Source: Acaryochloris thomasi RCC1774
GTDB lineage: Bacteria > Cyanobacteriota > Cyanobacteriia > Thermosynechococcales > Thermosynechococcaceae
Direction of reading: 5' to 3'
NCBI RefSeq assembly: GCF_003231495.1
Contig: NZ_PQWO01000024.1
Span: 1-32,000, forward strand
Length of the DNA: 32,000 nucleotides
Shown here: piece after piece, positions 27,082-32,000 of the stretch
How the letters are laid out: each line of letters starts with the position of its first letter
How positions within the stretch are numbered: position 1 is the stretch's first letter
Program-made: the position numbers and the translations under genes
Notes under the pieces: generated by a model
Told to the model about the DNA's origin: nothing
What the model saw: the letters and a program-made list of their open reading frames with translations, nothing else
The model's database searches: none

Positions 27082-28233
27082 CTAGGAAGCTTGGGACAAC
27101 GTGCGAGACTGCGCATCTGCCATAATTTGTTCAGTGATTTCAAGCGCGGCGTGAGGGCGCCCCAACGCATTGGCCCACTGCTGCATCTCTTTTAGTCGCT
27201 CTGGGTGCTTGAGCAAAAACCGAACAGCAGGAGCTACCATTTCAGGCAATCGAATTTGCACCCCTGCACCCGCAGCAGCAATCACGTCTGCATTCTCTTC
27301 TTCTTGGCCGGGGATCGGGTCAACAATCACCATTGGAGTGCTGCGGGCGAGAACTTCGCTGGTAATTAAGCCTCCAGCTTTGGTAATCACTAGGTCGCTA
27401 GCCACAATCAAATCATCTACATAATCAATCATGCCAACTTTCTTGAGCCGCATGTGTGGCCCATCATCCATATCTTCCAGGGCCTCTAGCAGTTCATCAC
27501 TACGGCCTGCAGCGACGACTAAGAGTCCAGATTCCGGGGACTCTAGCAAATCCTGAACCATCCTGCGGACTCGCTTGGCGTTCAGGCCACCCCCAAAGAG
27601 AGTGATGATCGGTTGGTTGGGGGGAAGACTATGTTGCGATCGCACCTCCGCTTTCACCTTTGGCTCTGCAATCTTAAGGTCTACGGGAATCCCAGAGATG
27701 TGAAGTGCGTCAGCGTCGATGCCGCGCTGCATCAGCATCCGCTTGCTAATTTCGTTGGGCAGGAAGTACTTATCAACGCCGTTATTGATCCAGGTGCTGT
27801 GAACCACGGCATCGGTCACCACCACATACTGCGGCATTGAGACCTGATCTTCAGATTCTAGAAGCTGCAGTAAACGGCTCGGAATCTGCTGCACGCAGAC
27901 CACGATATCAGGATCAATATTGCGAACCAGTTGGCCCAGTTCACGGAAGAACAGTCGCTCTAGTTTGGCCCAAGCCAGATTATTGTCGAGCGATCGCTCT
28001 AAATCATCAACGTCGCTGCCTTCGTAGTATGCCTTGTATAAAATCGGCATGTTTTCGCTGAGCTGCTCATAGGTGCGCACGATCAGGCCCCGATAGATAG
28101 GGCTGGCGTGGGCCAGAGCGTCTTCGCTGTGAACCTCTAAATCGGGGATTTTAGAGAAGGCATCGCACAACGCTCGCGCGGCACTGACGTGTCCAGAACC
28201 GAGTGAGGCGTACAAAACAAGGATGCGAGTCAT
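27082..28233 (-). CDS. GT28-type glycosyltransferase of the MGDG-synthase/UgtP (diacylglycerol glycosyltransferase) family
   Basis: The N-terminus RILVLYASLGSGHVSAARAL resembles the G-rich loop of UgtP and plant MGD enzymes. The C-terminal GT-B half has VITKAGGLITSEVLA...P.VIVDPIPGQEEENA. GAGG lies about 9 nt upstream of ATG 28233. Confidence 0.8.
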   Translation of the reverse strand: MTRILVLYASLGSGHVSAARALCDAFSKIPDLEVHSEDALAHASPIYRGLIVRTYEQLSENMPILYKAYYEGSDVDDLERSLDNNLAWAKLERLFFRELGQLVRNIDPDIVVCVQQIPSRLLQLLESEDQVSMPQYVVVTDAVVHSTWINNGVDKYFLPNEISKRMLMQRGIDADALHISGIPVDLKIAEPKVKAEVRSQHSLPPNQPIITLFGGGLNAKRVRRMVQDLLESPESGLLVVAAGRSDELLEALEDMDDGPHMRLKKVGMIDYVDDLIVASDLVITKAGGLITSEVLARSTPMVIVDPIPGQEEENADVIAAAGAGVQIRLPEMVAPAVRFLLKHPERLKEMQQWANALGRPHAALEITEQIMADAQSRTLSQAS

Positions 28234-28263
28234 GCAGGGAACCTCATCGATGTATAAAGAGCA

Positions 28264-28608
28264 TTACCGCCATTTGCGATCGCCCTCTTCGTCGACTCTC
28301 GCTTGCCGAATCGTATCAGAAATTTTCTCCGCATCTTTAACGTGGTGGAGCGCTTCTTGCTCACCATCGGGCTGATCAACCACAAAGTATGTGGGAACCA
28401 CTTCACGATCACCCGTAATATCTGAGGCGTTCACTGCCACCTGTTGAGCTTTCTCTTCTACGGTCTTTTCTGAATTAACAACGTCACCGGAATTAACCGC
28501 TAGATCTGCTGGGTCTGCTTCTGGCTGGGTCTGCTTCTCTGGTGAAATTTGCTCAGGCGTGAGAGGCTGCTGCACACTGTCCTGCTTGGAATCTGTCGGC
28601 TGGCTCAT
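28264..28608 (-). CDS. Hypothetical acidic, low-complexity protein (114 aa)
   Basis: This ATG-initiated ORF ends 30 nt upstream of the GT28 gene on the same strand. The N-terminal two thirds are rich in Pro, Gln and Glu and probably disordered. I recognise no family. Coding status is moderately uncertain. Confidence 0.5.
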   Translation of the reverse strand: MSQPTDSKQDSVQQPLTPEQISPEKQTQPEADPADLAVNSGDVVNSEKTVEEKAQQVAVNASDITGDREVVPTYFVVDQPDGEQEALHHVKDAEKISDTIRQARVDEEGDRKWR

Positions 28609-28779
28609 AGCTCTTGGGGTCTAAACAATAGTATTTATTCCACCATCAGAGTAGGAGGCAAACACTGGCAGAGCCTCGACCAAAAGATAGACATCCATTG
28701 TCTTAGCGAGATAGATTTTGGCTATATACCCATCACCTCAAGGAGGACTGAAGCAAGTTTGGGGCACCACTTGCTAGTT

Positions 28780-29874
28780 CTACTCCGCGTAAGTAGGAAA
28801 GTCGGTATACCCTTCTTTATCGAAGGAATACCAAATGCCTTGATCCGGCGACGGGTTAAGGGGCCAGTCGTTCGTGAAACGCTTCACCAAATCGGGATTG
28901 CTGATGAACGGACGACCAAAGGAGATTAAGTCTGCCTGTTGGTTTGCGATCGCATCTTCTGCCTCTTCTCGGCTATATCCGCAGTTACCCATGAGCGGGC
29001 CATCAAACAATGAGCGAAACTCACTAAGCTGCATCGGTTCACCCAGCTCGTGGAACCCAAACGCCAAACCATCAAGCACGTGCAGGTAGGCTAATCCGAA
29101 GCTATTGAGTTGCTGTGCCACATAGGAAAACGTCTCGCGGTAGTCAGGAGATCCCATGCTGTTGTAGTTACCGTTAGGCGACAGCCGCACGCCGATTCGG
29201 TTAGCAGGCCAAACCGCAGTAACAGCCTCCACAACTTCCTTGAGCAAGCGATAGCGGTTTTCCAGACTGCCGCCGTAATCATCTTGGCGCTGATTTGTTT
29301 TGCTCTGCAGAAAGCTGTCGAGCAAATATCCGTTGGCACTGTGAACTTCAACGCCATCGAAGCCTGCAGCCTTCGCATTCTTAGCCGCGCGTCGATAATC
29401 ATCCACGACCTGCGCAATTTCATCAGTTTCCAAAGAACGAGGCGTTTCGTAAGGCTGCTTACCCTCCGGTGTGTGAATTGAATCGCCGTCAATCTTGATC
29501 GCTGACGGTGCAACCGGAGGCTGATTGTGCTCATGAAAGCTGCTGTGGGACGCACGTCCGCAGTGCCATAGTTGCAGAAAGATGGTTCCTCCCTGAGCAT
29601 GAACAGCATCTGTAACCTGCTGCCAAGCCTGAGTCTGTTCATCCGTATAGATGCCGGGAACGTGCTGCCAACCGATGGCCTGATCGGAAATAAACGTTCC
29701 CTCCGTAATGATTAATCCTGCAGAGGCTCGCTGGGTATAGTATTCCGCCATCAGAGCATTTGCCAACTGTTCTTTGCCCGCTCGAGATCGCGTCATCGGA
29801 GCCATCACTACTCGGTTCTGCAGTGACAGATCTCGCAGCTCAAATGAACTTAGCAAAGCATTAGACGCAGTCAT
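28780..29874 (-). CDS. NADH:flavin oxidoreductase, Old Yellow Enzyme family (NemA-like)
   Basis: OYE motifs are present: LSLQNRVVMAPMTRSRA, GLIITEGT, IFLQLWHCGR, GFDGVEVHSANGYLLDSFL and NQRQDDYGGSLENR. The ATG at 29874 (MTASNALL) is preferred to the longer track start at 29946. Confidence 0.88.
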   Translation of the reverse strand: MTASNALLSSFELRDLSLQNRVVMAPMTRSRAGKEQLANALMAEYYTQRASAGLIITEGTFISDQAIGWQHVPGIYTDEQTQAWQQVTDAVHAQGGTIFLQLWHCGRASHSSFHEHNQPPVAPSAIKIDGDSIHTPEGKQPYETPRSLETDEIAQVVDDYRRAAKNAKAAGFDGVEVHSANGYLLDSFLQSKTNQRQDDYGGSLENRYRLLKEVVEAVTAVWPANRIGVRLSPNGNYNSMGSPDYRETFSYVAQQLNSFGLAYLHVLDGLAFGFHELGEPMQLSEFRSLFDGPLMGNCGYSREEAEDAIANQQADLISFGRPFISNPDLVKRFTNDWPLNPSPDQGIWYSFDKEGYTDFPTYAE

Positions 29875-30007
29875 AGGCCAATGTTGATGATGAGTGACAG
29901 TAATTGTAAAAGGAAAGACAGGGAAAGTCTGTAGAGGCAAGCACATCCTACTATCTTGTCTACAGAGTCACGCACAAAGAATATACGCTGCAAAAATATG
30001 TGTGGCT

Positions 30008-30526
30008 TTAGGGTAAGGAGGACTTGGGCAGGTTCTTCAATATGACTCTTCTGAGATCATCAAGCTGGTAGGGTTTACTGAGATAGTCATTGAAGCCAAC
30101 AGACAATAGGCGCTCGCGATCGCTCATGTTAGCCAAGGCCGTCACCGCCACAATCGGAATGTCTTGGGTCGCAACATTCCGCCGCAGGGATTCAAGCAGA
30201 GCTTGACTGTCGATGTCGGTCAACAACGCATCTAGCAAAATCAGATCGGCTTCGTACTGCTGCAGGAACGGAATCATCCTCAACCCCTCCGATAGGCCAA
30301 CGTAGGGAAACCCAAACGATTCCAAGGTAGCAGAGATCACCAGTAGGCTATCAAAATTATCATCAACGGCTAAAATTCGCGGCGGTTGTCGCTCTCCGGC
30401 GGGCTTCTGCCAGCAATGCTGACAAAACAAAATCCCATTTTCTTGAAAGAGAATGCGATCGCACCAACAGCATGAGGCACTCAAGATGTCGCCTGTCTGT
30501 TTTTGCCAAGGTTCTCTATAAATCAC
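30008..30526 (-). CDS. Single-domain response regulator with an N-terminal CxxC..CxxC (zinc-ribbon-like) extension
   Basis: The receiver has all conserved positions: AVDDN, the phospho-acceptor in LILLDALL, VAVTA and LSKP. The N-terminal ~45 aa contain CCWC...N13...CQHC. The start is GTG 30526, with no ATG available. Confidence 0.75.
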   Translation of the reverse strand: MIYREPWQKQTGDILSASCCWCDRILFQENGILFCQHCWQKPAGERQPPRILAVDDNFDSLLVISATLESFGFPYVGLSEGLRMIPFLQQYEADLILLDALLTDIDSQALLESLRRNVATQDIPIVAVTALANMSDRERLLSVGFNDYLSKPYQLDDLRRVILKNLPKSSLP

Positions 30527-30630
30527 TAGCGAGAGGTGTCATTGAACAGCGAAAAACTCGCCTGTACTGCATTTCAGCCTTCCATAGCTGATTATGAGCG
30601 TCTGTTAGACCTCGAACATAGTCAAAAAAG

Positions 30631-31356
30631 TTAGCCAAGGGACTCTCCCTGCTTTTGGAGGCGATTTAATCGCCGATACTCTGTCTTTACGAGGGAATAG
30701 CACTCGCAGCTAGCAGCCTCCAGCTCATCTCGATCTAGGATCGTAATCCGGCCCCGTCGATAGCGAATCAGACCTGCTCGCTGCAGAATGCCGGCCGCAA
30801 TGGTGACACCGGGACGATTGATGCCCAGCATATTACTAATAAATTCTTGGGTCAGCCCCAGTTCATCTTGCTGCACGCAGTCCTGGGCTGAGAGCAGCCA
30901 GCGGGCAAGACGTTCTTCAATCGTATGTTGCCGGTTACAGGCCGCCGTCTGAGAAACCTGGCTGAATAGCGCCTGCGTGTAAAGCAGCAAGTGCTTGAAA
31001 AGAACAGTACCGGGTTGAGCGAACTCCATCAATTTTTCGGCCGTCAGCCTAAAGGCACCATCAGGAATTTGGACAATGGCCCGACTGGTCATGGATTGGC
31101 CACCCCAAAGAATCGGCAGCCCAACCATGCCTTCAGATCCGACTATTCCGACCTCAGTCGTCGCACCGTTCTCCATGATTGAGACTAAAGAAACAACGGC
31201 TCGCAGCGGGAAGTAAACATCCTGGATGGGTTCACCGGGTTCATAGAGAATTTGCCCACTCTCTAAGGATACCTTTTCTAAACTGGAGACAAGCTTTCCA
31301 TACTCAGCCGCAGGCAAAGCCGCTAGCAACTGGTTTGCCGAAGTATTTTGATTCAC
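30631..31356 (-). CDS. Crp/Fnr-family transcriptional regulator
   Basis: A cNMP-binding-like beta-barrel (GQILYEPGEPIQDVYFPLRAVVSLV) is followed by a C-terminal HTH (TQEFISNMLGINRPGVTIAAGILQRAGLI). There is no ATG start. GTG 31356 (VNQNTSANQLLAALP) has AGGA about 9 nt upstream. The track ORF begins at GTG 31401. Confidence 0.8.
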   Translation of the reverse strand: MNQNTSANQLLAALPAAEYGKLVSSLEKVSLESGQILYEPGEPIQDVYFPLRAVVSLVSIMENGATTEVGIVGSEGMVGLPILWGGQSMTSRAIVQIPDGAFRLTAEKLMEFAQPGTVLFKHLLLYTQALFSQVSQTAACNRQHTIEERLARWLLSAQDCVQQDELGLTQEFISNMLGINRPGVTIAAGILQRAGLIRYRRGRITILDRDELEAASCECYSLVKTEYRRLNRLQKQGESLG

Positions 31357-32000
31357 AATGAATGTTCCTATGAGTCTGGAGCGTGCGGAACTAGGAAACA
31401 CCAGTGGTCAAGAACCGTTCTCTTAACTGCAGTGCTGTTTCGCTTAGAGCAGCGGGCAAACCTGTTCTGAGACACAAGCTGCCTATTGACTTCAGGAATG
31501 TTGATTAAATCAGGAGCATAGCCTGGATCTCTACTGACTCTTATCTACTCTTAGGTGTCGGCTGATGCGAGACGGCTAAGTATTAAGGGCTTGAGTGCAG
31601 AGATGCAGCGAAGCTCAGTTTAGAGGCTAATCAAGATTGGTGCTGTCATAAATAATGGACTTGCAGGCCATACTGCAGTAAACCATTCTCATAAGTCTAG
31701 ACAAGCTCAGTTCCAGCCTGCCTGTATCTAAAGATAGAGAAAGAAATAAAGAAGAGAAAAATAGCATTGCCCTTGAGTTTGTCTCTGCCCAAAATGCTTT
31801 GCTGATCTATGAAAACTTACGCCAATTGATAGATGCTCTGCCTTCTCTGAAGCTGTTAGATTATGGGCCACTGAGCCGCATAGCGAAGGGCTATCTCAAG
31901 CCATGCGTGATCATCGGTGATCGGTACTATCTGTTAACTCAATTAGCGACCTATGTTTTTACAAAATAAGCAAACTGAAACGCTCATCAAGATTTTGGAT

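Noticed and set aside
28508-28537. A 14-nt direct repeat CTGGGTCTGCTTCT at 28508-28521 and 28524-28537, inside the acidic 114-aa ORF
   Set aside because: The 16-nt period is out of frame, so it is not a peptide repeat. With only two copies, it is most simply local slippage in low-complexity coding DNA.
29091-29642. A 183-aa alternative-frame ORF and the 123-aa antisense ORF (29110..29481) inside the OYE gene
   Set aside because: They are embedded in a gene with complete Old Yellow Enzyme motifs. Their translations are Arg- and Leu-rich off-frame products.
31682-31968. A 95-codon open frame on the plus strand ending TAA at 31966-31968 (..NSIALEFVSAQNALLIYENLRQLIDALPSLKLLDYGPLSRIAKGYLKPCVIIGDRYYLLTQLATYVFTK)
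   Set aside because: The sequence looks protein-like, but the frame has no ATG, GTG or TTG start at a sensible position and is preceded by a stop at 31679. It may be a remnant or may use an unusual start. There is not enough evidence to call it a gene.
1-32000. Search for CRISPR arrays, IS elements, transposases, integrases, tRNA or rRNA genes, and long tandem or inverted repeats
   Set aside because: Reading both strands, I saw no regularly spaced repeats, no terminal inverted repeats flanking an ORF, no transposase- or integrase-like translations, and no cloverleaf-capable or rRNA-like segments. The only pervasive repeat is the 8-bp HIP1 palindrome.

Overview
The window looks like a chromosomal segment of a cyanobacterium. 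Two things point that way. The octamer GCGATCGC (HIP1) recurs throughout, with sites verified at 837, 5272, 6605, 7729, 7962, 13378, 14310, 15069 and 18877. The window also carries a full-length Mg-chelatase H subunit gene (chlH). All calls below rest on reading the supplied translations and the DNA by eye. No database search, HMM or folding program was run.

I can support about 22 protein genes. Most are housekeeping: pepP-like M24B aminopeptidase, hisC, fused 5-oxoprolinase, cysS, mutL, aroQ, chlH, a GH1 glycosidase, an OYE flavin reductase, a DJ-1/PfpI protein and a Crp-family regulator. I saw no rRNA, tRNA, CRISPR array, transposase or integrase.

The less ordinary content is as follows.
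1. A tightly coupled two-gene cassette at 14366-17135 (- strand). It encodes a FabH-like KAS III condensing enzyme fused through a Pro/Gln linker to a C-terminal domain carrying a heme-oxygenase-like diiron ligand pattern. A 303-aa partner of no family I recognise follows.
2. A stand-alone BrxC/BrxD-type (DUF2791-like) P-loop ATPase at 18456-19796, with no other BREX parts. It sits beside a DJ-1/PfpI gene and a decayed PIN (VapC-like) toxin remnant.
3. A co-directional cluster of an acidic unknown protein, a GT28 MGDG-synthase/UgtP-like glycosyltransferase and a GH1 enzyme at 25457-28608.
4. Gene decay. This includes a HAD-type dehalogenase pseudogene still ATGA-coupled to hisC, a receiver-domain fossil, and a P-loop protein whose Walker A lysine is glutamate.
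5. Several small or unannotated elements: a 45-codon ORF upstream of aroQ, a zinc-ribbon ORF in an AT-rich gap, and alternative hairpins upstream of cysS.
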